A stretch of 34,178 nucleotides of DNA from a virus (taxonomy: Duplodnaviria; Caudoviricetes), in IMG/VR virus record IMGVR_UViG_3300043908_002748, positions 1 to 34,178 of that record. One strand, given 5' to 3'. Both the position numbers and the translations under genes were made by a program. Under the pieces are notes generated by a model. The model searched no databases, was not told the origin of the DNA, and worked only from the letters and a program-made list of their open reading frames with translations. Of the stretch, positions 33,867 to 34,178 are shown one piece after another. Position 1 is the stretch's first letter, and each line of letters begins with the position of its first letter.

Positions 33867-34178
33867 ATGAGTGCTCAAATCACCACCGCGTTTTCCCAGC
33901 AGTTTTCGACCAACGTCCAGCTCCTGTCTCAGCAGCGTGGCTCCATTCTTCGGGGCGGCGTATCTGAGGAGAGCGTCACGGGCGAAAAGGCTTTCTTCGA
34001 CCAGGTCGGAGCAGCCGCTGCTGTGAAGCGCACCTCGCGCCACGGGGACACCCCCGTCGTCGAGACCCCCCATTCGAGACGAATGGTCACGATGGATTCG
34101 TATGAATGGGCTGACTTGATCGATGATGCTGACAAGGTCCGCATGTTGATCGATCCGACATCAACCTATGCCCAGGCA
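33867..34178 (+). CDS. Major capsid protein, 3'-truncated
   Basis: AAAGGAG RBS; MSAQITTAFSQQFSTNVQLLSQQRGS...TPHSRR...WADLIDDADKVRMLIDPTS, open to the window end. Confidence 0.92.
   Translation, partial: MSAQITTAFSQQFSTNVQLLSQQRGSILRGGVSEESVTGEKAFFDQVGAAAAVKRTSRHGDTPVVETPHSRRMVTMDSYEWADLIDDADKVRMLIDPTSTYAQA

Larger units (their letters stand above)
1..34178. mobile_element. Near-complete temperate podovirus genome, circularly permuted, in non-integrated (attP) form
   Basis: Terminase, portal, scaffold, capsid, tail tube, ejection proteins, fibre, lysis genes, integrase, attP and cI/cro are all present. No host genes. Both window ends fall in head genes that are normally adjacent. Confidence 0.95.

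Noticed and set aside
1-34178. Closed circle with terminal overlap
   Set aside because: The ends do not match; the capsid C-terminal part and the start of the decoration gene are missing.

Overview
The window is an almost complete, circularly permuted genome of a GC-rich temperate podovirus with BPP-1/HTVC010P-like gene order; a marine alphaproteobacterial host is my inference. It opens in the 3' part of a probable capsid decoration gene and ends in the 5' part of the major capsid gene, so probably only a short head-gene segment is missing. Gene order is: tail adaptor and nozzle, GNAT-like protein, four internal virion (ejection) proteins, tail fibre, lysis genes, five tiny Lys/Arg-rich ORFs, an intact attP (tRNA 3' end flanked by arm-type repeats), four small ORFs plus a tyrosine integrase, a leftward xis/SSB/annealase/nuclease operon, a cI/cro switch, VRR-NUC nuclease, DNA methyltransferase, a late regulator, a leftward cluster of small early genes, terS, terL, portal, scaffold and capsid. 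The best lead is a RelA/SpoT-type (alarmone synthetase/toxSAS-like) domain fused to an ejection protein (5922-7319), which would be injected with the DNA. Other signals are a copy of the attP arm-type repeat between terS and terL, a five-site repressor operator family, the absence of any recognisable replication genes, a repeated RNA motif before the capsid gene, and strong CTCGAG over-representation. All family assignments come from motif recognition by eye; no database searches were run.
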